DNA of 64,000 bases, from positions 62,001-126,000 of the forward strand of contig NW_027191490.1 in NCBI RefSeq assembly GCF_011745625.1, in the 5' to 3' direction. Each line of letters begins with the position of its first letter. The stretch's first letter is position 1. The stretch is from Cladosporium halotolerans. Its lineage: Eukaryota. This document shows, in pieces, positions 11,243 through 22,600 of this stretch. The notes beneath the pieces were generated by a model. It did not search any database. It was not told where the DNA came from and was given only the letters and a program-made list of their open reading frames with translations. A program made the translations under genes and the position numbers.

Positions 11243-13043
11243 ATGGTGTTCCCTCCCAAGGTCTACCAAGTATGTTACCGAACGCACGACAGCTCTGTAT
11301 CTTGCAACATGTCTGACCAGACCTTGTAGTTTCTCGTCTCCGTTTTCGCCTCGGTCGGCTCCATCCTCTATGGATATGATCTCGGCGTCATCGCTGGAGT
11401 CGTGGCTTCGCCCGACTTCAAGGCGCGCTTCATGCCCACTACGTCGGAGGAGGGGGCTGTAGTGTCTGTCTTCACTGGCGGCGCTTTCTTCGGCGCCATG
11501 TTCGCCGGCCCTGCTGGAGACTATCTTGGCCGCCGTCTCACTATTCTTCTTGGAGCTATTGTCTTCTGTGTCGGCGGCGCTCTTCAGACTGCGGCACAGA
11601 ACCTGCACTACCTGTACGCCGGCCGCGTCATTGCTGGACTTGGAGTTGGCTTCTTGGTCATGATCATCCCGCTGTACCAGGCTGAGATCTCGCACCCGTC
11701 CATCCGTGGAAGTGTCACGGCCCTCCAACAATTTATGCTTGGTATTGGAGCGCTTGTTGCGGCTTGGACTACGTATGGATGCAACAGGAACTTCGCCGAT
11801 GACAGTGCGCTGCAATGGCGTGTCAGCCTTGGTATCCAGATCGTTCCGGCTGGGATTCTTGCACTGTTAATCATGCTCTTCCCGGAGTCACCTAGGTAAG
11901 CGAGGTTGTGAGATTGATTAACCATAGAGACTGACGGTCAAACAGATGGCTCATCGACCACGGCAAGCCCGATGCTGGCCTTCGCACTCTCGCCAAGCTC
12001 CACGCGCACGGCAACGAGGCGGACACCTGGGTGCAGGCGGAATACGAGCAGATCCGCGACTCGATCGTCCACGAGCACGAGAATGCCGCTCAGTCTTACA
12101 CTGAACTGTTCACCAACAAGAGCTCTTTCCGTCGCCTGTTGCTGGTCTGCGCTATCCAGGCTTCTGTCCAGATGACTGGTGTTTCCGCCATCCAATACTA
12201 CAGGTACGGAACCGCGCTCGAAACTCGAGTTCACTGACATCGCTAACCCTCGCGCAGCCCGACCATCTTCGGCCAGATCGGCATCGATACCAACAACACG
12301 CTCAAGTACCAGGGTATCTCTTCGGTGCTTGCCCTACTCGCCCAGATGGTCTGCATCGTCGTCATCGACAAAGTCGGCCGTCGCTGGTGGATGATCGGCG
12401 GCAACCTCACCAACTGTCTCTTCTTCATCATTGCGACCATCATGCTCGCCGTCTTCCCGCCGGGATCCACCAACAACAGCTCCGCCTCCTGGGCCTTTAT
12501 CGTCGTCACCTGGCTCTACAACGTCAGCTTCTCCGCGACGAACGGCCCGCTCTCTTGTAAGTTCCATCTTGCCTCGGCCCCATCCTCCCACATCCCACCC
12601 CCGTCTTCTCACAGCACAACAGGGATCGTCCCCGCCGAGGTCTTCGACACCCGCACGCGCGCCAAGGGCGTCTCCATCGGCGTCATGGTGTCCTTCGCCT
12701 TCAACACCATGATCGGCCAGGTCACGCCCATCGCCATGGGCCGCATCGGCTGGCGCTTCTACCTGCTCTTCGTCGTCTGCAACTTCACCAACGCGCTCTA
12801 CTTCTGGGCTTTCCAGCCCGAGACCAAGCGCCGCCCGCTCGAGGAGATGAACTACTTGTTCACTAATGCGCCGTATGTTCTTCTCTTTGTTTTGGTCTTG
12901 AAAGGCAAATTGTACTGATGTTCCGATGTTGCAGGCTGTTCGTCCCGACGATGGATATGAAAGACTTTGCGATCGATATCGAGAACCGTGTGCACGAGAT
13001 TGAGGAGAAGCAGGACGAGGTCGCGAGGCATGAGAGCATTTAA
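11243..13043 (+). CDS. MFS sugar porter (hexose-transporter-like)
   Basis: GYDLG, GDYLGRR, GRVIAGLGVG, PLYQAEIS, PESPR, QMTGVSAIQYY, IDKVGRR, PAEVF, PETK motifs; about 5 introns. Confidence 0.9.
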
Positions 13044-13257
13044 GTGGAGGGAGAAGTCTGGGTGGACAATGATCATCTGGCCCTCTCCGGGTCGCAAGCG
13101 TCGCTGTTCGGACTATAGAGTCGTACGTGAGGTGTGTAGCAGTGAACATACATTAAGACATTGACGGTTCTATCTTATCAGCAACCCATCATTCACCCCC
13201 GCTAATATACATCAAGAATACTATACGAAATAGGCGAGAAATTCCAGCATCCAGCCT

Positions 13258-15075
13258 CTAGCCCAGATTGTACGCGAACTTGCTCCAGCTGCGGATCTTC
13301 GCGCCGTACTTGTACAGGAAGAACGTGGCCGGCACGAGCGTCACGCACAGGAAGGCCAGCAGGCTCGTCGCCCACTGCGTGCCGAGGTCCTCGTACATGT
13401 AAGAGGCGAACAGCGGGAAGACGGCGGCGACCAGGCTGCGGATGAAGGTGTTGGCTGCCAGCGCGGAGTTGGCGTCAAAGAGATAGACGTCCACTAGGTA
13501 GACCACGGCCGGCATGAAAACCATGATGATCTGGAAATGGTTGGTTAGTATGTGTTTGATGAGCTGTAGGTGGGAATGGGGAGGACTTACACCACAGCCG
13601 ATGAAGATTCCGCTCACGATCTGCGGCCAGGGGTTGATGCTGGGCTGAGACGTCCAGGCGAACCAGAACAGGCCGATCACAAGGATGACGCCGCCGACCA
13701 TCATCGGAGGTAGGCGTTCTTCGGGAATGACTTTCTTGGCCTTGACCAATTTGGGCGTGAAGATGGCTTTGGTTTCCCACGTCAGGGCAGCGCAAGCGAT
13801 CAGTACACCGATGAAGATGGCGATGAAAGGCAGCGACGCGGTGCCAAAGGGAATCTGTCGGTCCAGCTCGAAACTGAACGGGTATGCGAAGAAGATGAGG
13901 TACAGGATGCCGTACACCAAGCTGATGTAGACGGTCATCACGATCAGGATGGGCTCTTTGATCATCATCTGGACGGGTTTCAGGCCGTACTTGCGTAGGA
14001 GGAAAGCAGCGTGGACGGGCTCCTCGTCCAGCTTCGTGTGCAGAGCCCAATTCCTAGGCTCATGGCGCAAGCGTGCGGCTTTCTGCCTGAGCAGGACGGG
14101 GGGGAAGGTCTCCTTCACGGTGAACAGAGCGATCGCCCAAAAGAATGCCCCCATGATCATTGTGAACCAGGCAGTCCAGTGCCAGCCTAGCGAAGTGTTC
14201 TTGACGGTGAACTCGCCGACGATAGGACCCACAGCAGGGCCGGCAAAGACGGCCGCGGCGTATGCCATAGTGGCGACGGCCCGGGCAACAGGATCGAACA
14301 TGTCGACCGCCAACCCAGGAACGATGGCGAGCGTTGCGCTTCCGAAGGCTCCACCGAAGAATCGACAGACAAAAATTGTTTGAAGGTTGTTGGCGACACC
14401 GACCGGAATTTGGAAGACCAGGAATCCGAGCATTCCAATCATGAGAGGCCAGTATCGACCGTAGAGTTCGGAAAGAGGACCGAAGACCAGAGGACCAAGC
14501 GCAAACCCTACGACATACAGGGTGACTCCCAAAATCATCACTTCCTGACTGACACCAAACTCCTCAGCTGTTACGGTGGTCGCAGTGGACCAGACGGAGC
14601 TTCCAAACGAGACGACAAAAGTCATGAAGGCCAGAATCATGATAGACTGCCATTTGTACACCGAGCTCCAATTCTGAGGGTTGTCTGGGTCCTGTGGTCC
14701 ATTCCAATCGACGAGGTCCGTTCTTTCCTCTTGCGCTCCAGGTTGCCCGGGTTGCGACGAAGGCTGGTCGGTATGGCTTGAGGCCGGGGCTGCGTTGTCT
14801 TCTTCTTCATTCTTCTCATCGAAGGGCCGAGAAGCGGATTGCTCCCTTTCGGTCTTGAACGACCCCGTGTCGCTGTTCCGACGAGTGAAGGCTGAGGGCA
14901 CAGGAGGGACGTCTGGTACCTCGGAGTCGAGTTTCTTGATGGAGCCTGCGGCCGAAGAAGTGCCGGAGATCCGGTTGTACTTGACGGAATTGACGATTGT
15001 AGGAGTTTCAGAGAAGCGATTGGTATTGATAGTATTGGCCTCCAGATCGCGCTGGCCTTCGGACGCTTGAGACAT
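13258..15075 (-). CDS. MFS DHA1 (drug:H+ antiporter) transporter
   Basis: VDWNGPQDPDNPQNW, GPLSELYGR, KETF, PEERLPP motifs; 60-nt in-frame intron 13590-13531. Confidence 0.92.
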   Translation of the reverse strand: MSQASEGQRDLEANTINTNRFSETPTIVNSVKYNRISGTSSAAGSIKKLDSEVPDVPPVPSAFTRRNSDTGSFKTEREQSASRPFDEKNEEEDNAAPASSHTDQPSSQPGQPGAQEERTDLVDWNGPQDPDNPQNWSSVYKWQSIMILAFMTFVVSFGSSVWSTATTVTAEEFGVSQEVMILGVTLYVVGFALGPLVFGPLSELYGRYWPLMIGMLGFLVFQIPVGVANNLQTIFVCRFFGGAFGSATLAIVPGLAVDMFDPVARAVATMAYAAAVFAGPAVGPIVGEFTVKNTSLGWHWTAWFTMIMGAFFWAIALFTVKETFPPVLLRQKAARLRHEPRNWALHTKLDEEPVHAAFLLRKYGLKPVQMMIKEPILIVMTVYISLVYGILYLIFFAYPFSFELDRQIPFGTASLPFIAIFIGVLIACAALTWETKAIFTPKLVKAKKVIPEERLPPMMVGGVILVIGLFWFAWTSQPSINPWPQIVSGIFIGCGVSPPHSHLQLIKHILTNHFQIIMVFMPAVVYLVDVYLFDANSALAANTFIRSLVAAVFPLFASYMYEDLGTQWATSLLAFLCVTLVPATFFLYKYGAKIRSWSKFAYNLG

Positions 15076-16203
15076 GTTGCCAATCCGATGGGCAGTGATC
15101 CTAAAATGGTTGAAGGGACAAGAAACGCAGACACACGTCGTGCAAGAGAAAAACGCAAACAAGGTGTGGCCTGTGCGGTTTCAAGCGGTCCGTATCTATG
15201 GTGAGATCGCAGGGAGTCGACGGATTAATATGAGACAGCGCTGATAGCACACAGACAGGGCATTGTCGTCAGAGACTCCACGAGCCGCATCTCGCATCGG
15301 CCAGGTGAGCACTACGGCGGCCGCGAGCTGAGAAGGTGTTGGGGAAAGGCCCACGACGGGTGATGCAATTGGCGAATCATGGTGCAAACGGCGCATTGCG
15401 AGCCATATGGCGCCCTACAACGGGGGTTCGGACGCGGGCGAGGTGCCTTGCACGAAGACGATCAGGGCGTCTTCTTTACCACACCGTGTCCCAGCGATCC
15501 GGCGGACGGATCGCCCCGTGCAGATCATTTTCGCGATCGAGCGCCGGCAGATCAGCGGACCCGATTCAGCGCGCGCTTTGTCCGATCGAGTGTCGTCTTC
15601 TTGCCCAAAGCAGAAGTCGCACTTTCTTCGACGCCTCAGCCGCATTGTCGGAATCGAACGTCATCTCCGCTGTCGTTGCTCCATGACAACGTCAACTTCG
15701 ATCACACTTCTTCGCCAATACATCTCACAGCATCGCAAGTTGTGTCCGCCGCTCTTTGCGACAGTACACAGCGGAATCACTTCGATTTCCACGCGCTCCT
15801 TGATGCACTCTGTTGCAATACAGGGCCATAATCCCTGACAAGATCGTCCTTCGCGCTTGTGCCGTCGACCGAATCATCACACCAGATACCTTGTTCATTG
15901 AGCAACACGGGACCTATTATTGAAGCCCACCGCAAAGACTACCGCGGTTGGCCATTTCTTTGCCGGTTGTCAATGTGCTTACATGTTCCATTCAAAAATC
16001 TGGTTCTTAGCTTCAGCGCATTCAATTCCACATACGGTAAGCTTTGCGATCTCTAAAGCTTTACAGAAGTTGCGGCACTCAACGCAAAATCAAAGCCACG
16101 CCCTTGCGATAGAACACCGTAATCCTGGACCTGCTCTATCCCAACGGCATCCAAATTCAAGGCCTGCCGAGTAAAGGCGGATGGGACGCAAGCAATCGTT
16201 TCG

Positions 16204-17577
16204 CTAGTTTCTGTCCACTTCTTCAGATATCGAAGGCGCCACACTTGATTTTGCATGCATCGCACTCAGCAAGTCTTCGATGATGTTTGTCTTTCTCAGA
16301 AATCCGCAGTATATGACTGGCAGAGACAGCTGCTGGGAATGTGCTTCGCAATTTAGTCCACTGAGAACAAAAGGGTGATTCCAAGCCAACGCCCTGTTAA
16401 AGACGCCTAGCTGAAGCAACGTCGAATGAGGATCACGGCTTTCGTAGAGGATATGCAACAGAACCTGTAGCCACAGGCATTCTCGCAGAAGCCATGGCTC
16501 GGTGTTTTGTGGTGCAGCGTGGCGGCTTCCTCTCGACGCTTTTCGAGAGCTGCTGGCCATTTCTCCCCGATCATTCTCTGGCTGTGATGTTGCATTAAAC
16601 TCTGATCTCCCAAGAAATTCGCTGCTGCTGTCCGGATAACGGCGGCTAGAGAAGCATTTATGGAATGAGATACTCCATGCTTGTGTCAGAGTATCAAGGC
16701 CTGCGAAGAAGCGCATGACATCTCTCACACCTCCTTCGTCGCACTCGTCGAGGGCGTCTATTATGAGCAACAAGCGCTCTCCTCGAAGCTGCAGCACCGC
16801 GTCTCGAATGAGATGCTTGAGTATGTCTACGGCCAGGAAGCGACTCTTTATCGGAGACGGCGGGAGATGAAGCAGTGACCGAAGCATTGGTATTTTATCC
16901 AGAAGCTGATGTAGCACGGCACGATACATCCCTTCGACCGAGCTTTTGAGGGACTCATGTGACTTTGAGAAGAAGAACGACAGAACCACGTAGTCCGGCA
17001 TGCACTTGGTCGCCGCGTCCGCAATCCGCTTTAGCAAGACCGACTTTCCAGAACCTGGATGACCTCTAATCCATAGGCTTCTCGACTGCGAGCCTCGAGC
17101 GTTCGAAAAGACCCATTCGAGATCGCTCGGCTTGCTGAGTAACCAATCGCCTGGACCGTCGTGGCGGGATTCGACACCGGCGATTTCCTTTTCCATATTC
17201 TGGTAGCCAAGCGCTTGGATGAAGGCCTTACACTTCAGCACCTGAGGCGAGTTGCCGATCTGAGGGGGCAATTGACGGTAGGAATAGTAGTTCACCGTTT
17301 CGGCGTACACGTTGCCCATATGTACTCTGGCCCAGCCGTTGACTGAAATACCGCGATACTGCTGTCTTGCATCGCTGTCAATCTCTGAGCCGGTAGTCTC
17401 GTTTTGCTTTGGGGCAAAGCGACCACGCCTTGCAGCCTCGTCTGGAACTGCGGTCAAGAACTGGAACGAGTGCGCTTTTGCGCCGACGGAGTGCTTGCGC
17501 TTGCGCGATATGTTTGCATCCATCATCAATGCCAACTCCAATTGCCTCGACATTCTAGGAAGGCCAATTATAGCCAT
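16204..17577 (-). CDS. Truncated/degenerate NACHT-domain (fungal NLR-like) protein with N-terminal HET-s-like motif
   Basis: LWIRGHPGSGKS Walker A, VLSFFF, LLLIIDALDEC Walker B, CFSSRRYP; no TPR/ANK/WD repeats follow. Confidence 0.7.
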   Translation of the reverse strand: MAIIGLPRMSRQLELALMMDANISRKRKHSVGAKAHSFQFLTAVPDEAARRGRFAPKQNETTGSEIDSDARQQYRGISVNGWARVHMGNVYAETVNYYSYRQLPPQIGNSPQVLKCKAFIQALGYQNMEKEIAGVESRHDGPGDWLLSKPSDLEWVFSNARGSQSRSLWIRGHPGSGKSVLLKRIADAATKCMPDYVVLSFFFSKSHESLKSSVEGMYRAVLHQLLDKIPMLRSLLHLPPSPIKSRFLAVDILKHLIRDAVLQLRGERLLLIIDALDECDEGGVRDVMRFFAGLDTLTQAWSISFHKCFSSRRYPDSSSEFLGRSEFNATSQPENDRGEMASSSRKASRGSRHAAPQNTEPWLLRECLWLQVLLHILYESRDPHSTLLQLGVFNRALAWNHPFVLSGLNCEAHSQQLSLPVIYCGFLRKTNIIEDLLSAMHAKSSVAPSISEEVDRN

Positions 17578-17916
17578 TTAAACACTTTGACTCAGGAATT
17601 GACCGAGGCCCATCAATGGGACTTCACCATGCTACCGTTACTCAGCCTTGCAGACCTGCTCGATTTGATTCGCTGAGGCTGCTCACCTGATGAGTGGCGC
17701 AGTTTGGAAGCACTGCATTGGGGCAAGAGGGTTGGCATCTACTGCTGTGGAACAAGGCGGTAAGCGGGAACGGAGATGGCCTTCAGAAAGACAGGATCAC
17801 AATGGTTCATCAGACACATCAATCACACATCAATCACGCGAGGGACATCGACACAGAAGATACAAAGTGGCCTTGATACATCAGTACCGAGGCAACTCGA
17901 CACTACATCCGCGCGT

Positions 17917-18217
17917 CTAATCCTCCTCCTCCTCCTCCCAGTGCGCATCCTCGACGTCCGGGATCTCGAAGTACTCGGCCGAGTCGACGTTGCGCACGCG
18001 AAGCTTGCCCGTGATGCACTTGCCGTTCTTCAAGCGTCCCTTCAGGCACTTCTTCTTGCCATGGCGAAGATCGGGGCTACGGGAGAAGTCAGCGGGGTGT
18101 TCTTGAGCGGTGGGGCCGCGGGAAGGAGAAGAATACTCACTCGGTCGGGGAAGGGCCGGCAACGGCCATGGCGGCGAAGATGGCCATGATGACCATGAGG
18201 AAGATGGCGGTTCTCAT
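17917..18217 (-). CDS. Small secreted peptide precursor (78 aa): cationic two-Cys core with acidic tail
   Basis: Exon 1 18217-18141 (signal peptide), canonical intron 18140-18077 (GTGAGT...GCTGAC...TAG), exon 2 18076-17917 in frame. Confidence 0.75.
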
Positions 18218-18753
18218 TTCGGCGGCTGAGATGCTTGCTTTGCTAGGGCGTAGCGAATGGAGGTAGTCGTGTGGAGAAGAGACATGGTTGCAGATTAAAG
18301 TTGCTTGTATACATAGGTGTGCGACAACAATACTAAGGTTGTTTCTTTGGTGGTGGAGGCATTTCACGGCGTTCTGGGAACAAAGAAAGCCGGCTTCGAC
18401 GCTTGGAATTCTGTTCGCGATCAAGGATTGAGACAATGTTTTGGCACACATGTCGTGGTATTGCGGGTAATTATGCGTAGACAATAGGGCGATACACCGT
18501 GATGGAGGCGATCGCAGTCATGATACTGGATTACTTGGGCTCAGGCGTGGACGAACAGCAAAGGTAGGCATCGAGACAAGGTAGGTAGCGATAGAACTTG
18601 TAGGAATGTACTGGATAGGAGCTCTTTGCATAGCTGAGAGTAGACGTGCGGTTAGTGAAAGAGCATCGTATTTGTGTGAGCAGAAAGCAAAACAACAAAT
18701 TCTCAACAGCGGCTGGCACTCAGATTTGCATTCGGAAAGTGAGGCTACAAATC

Positions 18754-19071
18754 TCAATCTCTGAAAGCACCCGAGTAGATATCCAGAAAATTGATCCCAT
18801 TACCTTCGGTGTCGAAGACAGCAATTTGGAACTTGTTGCCCTCATCTCTCTTGATGTGCATCGAGTCCCCGCGCTTGCACCTGATGCCAGCCTTGCGAAA
18901 ATGCTCGCTACATCGTATTTCACCAGGAAGTCGTTGACAATGGAATCAGTGTGCTACTAATTGAGATACTTTAGCTACTGGCCATCCGGCTGCTCACGCT
19001 GGATGGGAATTGGCGTCAATCATTGCCGCGAAAAGCGCGGCCGCGCCGGCAATCACAAATGTGGTCTTCAT
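18754..19071 (-). CDS. Candidate small secreted protein (~75 aa); second exon uncertain
   Basis: ACAATG start, signal peptide MKTTFVIAGAAALFAAMIDA, donor GTGAGC at 18997; a TAG acceptor at 18908 gives an open second exon. Confidence 0.4.
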
Positions 19072-19623
19072 TGTTACAAGTTGATATATCCAGTGGATAG
19101 AATATCACAAGAAATGATAGGCGTCATGTATATCTAATCATTCCTGAGCTGATCCGAACGGCATCCCAGGCAAGCGCCGATGCACCTTTGATGTGCTTTG
19201 TCAAGCCCAAGTCTTCGCGCGGAGGACAATAATCCTAAGTATCTACATTTCGTACGCGAACCGAACAAAGAAAACATAGCTGCCCTACCACATTACAGCC
19301 GGTCTCGTGATGTTTGCTTTTGGAACACCTTAATAGTGACCAAGCCTCCGCCAACCCGGGAGCGGCCGCGACCTGATGTCAAAGCAAGCAGTCGACAGCG
19401 CATGGCGGAACGAGTCACGCACAGTGCGGCAAGATGAAACTTTGAGCGTATTGAATTGTTTTGTGAGAGGTTTCGATAAGTAGGGTATTGCCAGCCGTGC
19501 GCCACTAAAATTTGATGGCGCGGCACGTAGCCCAATTTCCGGTTGCTTTCCTCCCTACTTGGCAAACACCAGTTTCACTGGCTGAATTGACTTTCCTTCC
19601 TAGTCATACCTCATCCAACGTGT

Positions 19624-22600
19624 TCAAAAACTGAGACATTCGAGCTCGTGCTTCAAGTCTGCAAGGACACTCTCTGCCTGTGACAAACCGACCATTTCGG
19701 CCGCGGAGAAAAGGCCGACATCGAGGGATCCGGATGGGGTGATCGTTGCTTCGAGGTCAAGAGAATTCTGTAACGCGACATGTTAGCCCAAGTTCCTTCC
19801 AGTTCGATCGTTGAAGGGGGACTTACCAGATATACGTCTTGGCTCTTGCCATTGACAGGTGTCTCCAGTTCTCGAGGAAGCTCAAATCCGGAGGCGTGCT
19901 CGCTAGCATCAACAACACGCGAACGAGCAGCAACACGATCGTCTTCCACAGCTCTGATCGCATGGTTTTTCTGACCGTCAACACCTTCGTCTACATCTGG
20001 AAGGCGAAGGAAATTGACGAATGTGTCTACTCGGACACCACTCCATGTAGCAATCTCCCAAAGGCCTACGCTACTGTTTTCTTGATTGCCTATGAGCTGC
20101 AGGTCTTGTTGTACTCGCTTTGCACTTTCTAGGAGTGGAGTGGAGCTTGCAGCGCGGATGAGCAGCGGGACGAGATTGAGAGTTGGGACCCTGAGGGATG
20201 GGAGATGCTCAGAATGGGAACGGTTGGCAAGATAGATGCCAAGAACGACATCGTCGTTGTCTGAGGTAGCCTCGCTCTGGTGAGCGAGTCGGGCGTAGAC
20301 TCGGGCGTAGGCTGCGAACAGAAGTGATTGAACGTTCAGATCTGATGTTCGAGCTAATGCTTCCAACGAATTAATAGCAGGAAGCAAGGTGGGTTTGAAG
20401 ACGTCCAAGCGAGCTTGCAGGGATTGAAAGCGTGGCTGTGGCAGCCGTAAAGGCTTGGTAGCGGCCAGATAGGTCGACCAAAAGTCCATTCGCGCAGTAC
20501 GAGCCGTAGGGGTAAGTGATGCCGAGATATAATCAGTCTGTGTCATGGTCGGCTCGAGCAGCGAAGATCCGGCCACAAGCTTTCGTAAATCATCCATCAA
20601 CAAGGGCAAGGAAACAGCGTCGTACAGGGCGTGGTGCAATGTGAGCTTTAGAGTCCAGTCCGCATCCGTTTTGATGGCCCTGAGGTATACCATAGGCTGG
20701 CTCGCAGGAAGTTGTTGCTCCTCTCCGCCAGTGGTGAATGAGTCGGGTACGTCTTTGAGGATCAGCTGTACCATCGGGACCTGAGCGTCGTCGGTAGTGC
20801 AGAACACCGTACGCAGAATGTCGTGACTTCTGACCAGAGTCTTCCATACCGCCCGGAGCTCGTCCTCGCTGGAATTATCCTCTAGGATGTAAGTGAATGT
20901 TGGGTAGAATAGCTGACCTCCAGTCACCTTCCAGACGTTGAGCATGTAGATCTGGCCTGGCAGTGCTGGTAAAACGGCTTTTACGTTGGCTGTGTCAAAT
21001 CCGTAGGTCGCCGGGATACCTTCAATGTTGTGCTCTGAATTGAACCGAGAGACAATGTCTTGGGAGGAGGTGGTGTTTGAATTAGAGGTTGGACTGCGGT
21101 CTTGGACAACCTTTGTGATGCCGCTCAAGGTCCTTGCGCGAACCATCTCACCCACCGAGAGCTTGACACCCTGTTTGCGCAGAATGGCGACAACTTTGAT
21201 TGCCGATATTGAGTCAATGCCAATACTCTCGATTGTTGAGTTGGCTGAGAGCTCTCCAGGAGGAGTTCTAGAGACTTCGCACAAGGCATCTTTGATTACG
21301 CTTGCTTCAGAGCTCTGGTCAACGTCATGATCATCTGAGTCGTTTTGATCGCGGACTTGCTCCGCCACAACGCTGTCAGCTTTGCATGTGATGAGAGGCA
21401 GGCCGCAAATTGACGCTTGAGCTCCTTGGAAGCTGATCGTAGGCTCGTCCTGGCTAGACAATATGGCGTTGAGAACGTGGTCCAGTCTCTCGAGCAAGGT
21501 GTGCGTTCCATCCAGATCAAGAACGTCATCCTTGCACGCGGCACGGATGACCATATTTTCGTTAGCAGCTTCCATTTCCACGGCAACCGGGTACTCAATG
21601 CTGGAACTTCCACCGACAGATTCGTACAAGGGATGGGAGGGTTGGTTTGCCGAGTTCGGCCGATGCTGGTAAATGAACAAGGTATCGAAGAGCCCATCAA
21701 TCGGATCGTCGGAAGTTGGCTGAACGACGCTGCTGGCTATGCGCTGAATAAATCGTAGGGGGGTTCTTTGGTGCATCAATACATCGGCATTGGTATCTTG
21801 CATGTACTTCAGCATCTCACGGCGGCTTCCGTGCAAGGTAGCCCTCATAGCGATCGTGTTCATCATGGGGAAAAGGATTTGCTCGGCTTCCTCGCTGTCC
21901 CGGCAAGCGAGGACTGCACCAAATACAGCCTCGAATTGACGGGTGTAGTGGGCGAGCGTGAGGGCCCAGCTCGTCTGGGCCAGAGACTGCAATGAAACTC
22001 CATTGGTTTGGCAGAAAGCTCGAGCCTTGTCCGCCGTGACAGAACTAGTACGCTCAGTACGGTGCAGTGCTCCAGAAATAGAGTCAGATCGTGAGGCAGG
22101 GAAGCTGCTGATTTGGGCACCTGTAAGAGTGTTGCGCCAGAATGATAATGCCTTTTCGTTCACTGCGGCCAAAGAAGCACCGATCACGCTGTCGGCATGT
22201 GGTCTTGGATCTACTGCGCCATGGTGGTATGCATATTCCACATCCTGGTGTACAAGCCCCAGACTGTGACCATCATACTGTGCATGTGCCAGAGTTAAGA
22301 CCAGATATTTGTCTGAAGCAATTTCAACCAATGTAAGCTCCATTGGTGGAGTTGGGGATGACTTGGCTTGGATGCGAATGTCTTCAAGCACGTCATCTAG
22401 TTCTGAGATATCCTTGAGATTGACATACGTGAACTGAACCTTTTCTGGAGCCAACACGACCTGAGCAAAGACTGCGTCAACGTTCGGAGAGTTGACTTCA
22501 ACGAACGTGGTTCGCAAGATAGGAGAGTTCCGAACGACAAGGTCCCAGGCATGCCGGAGACGCTCAACATCAACCTCCGGCGTAAGGTGTAGTACGTCAT

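Noticed and set aside
13531..13590. In-frame, stop-free 60-nt introns (DHA1 transporter; also RPS14 7898-7957) as coding insertions
   Set aside because: Canonical splice signals interrupting conserved segments; retention has no support from sequence alone
15200..16200. Overlapping short ORFs as a possible amyloid effector partner of the NACHT protein
   Set aside because: No HeLo/HeLL-like sequence or double amyloid repeat seen; likely promoter DNA of the DHA1 gene
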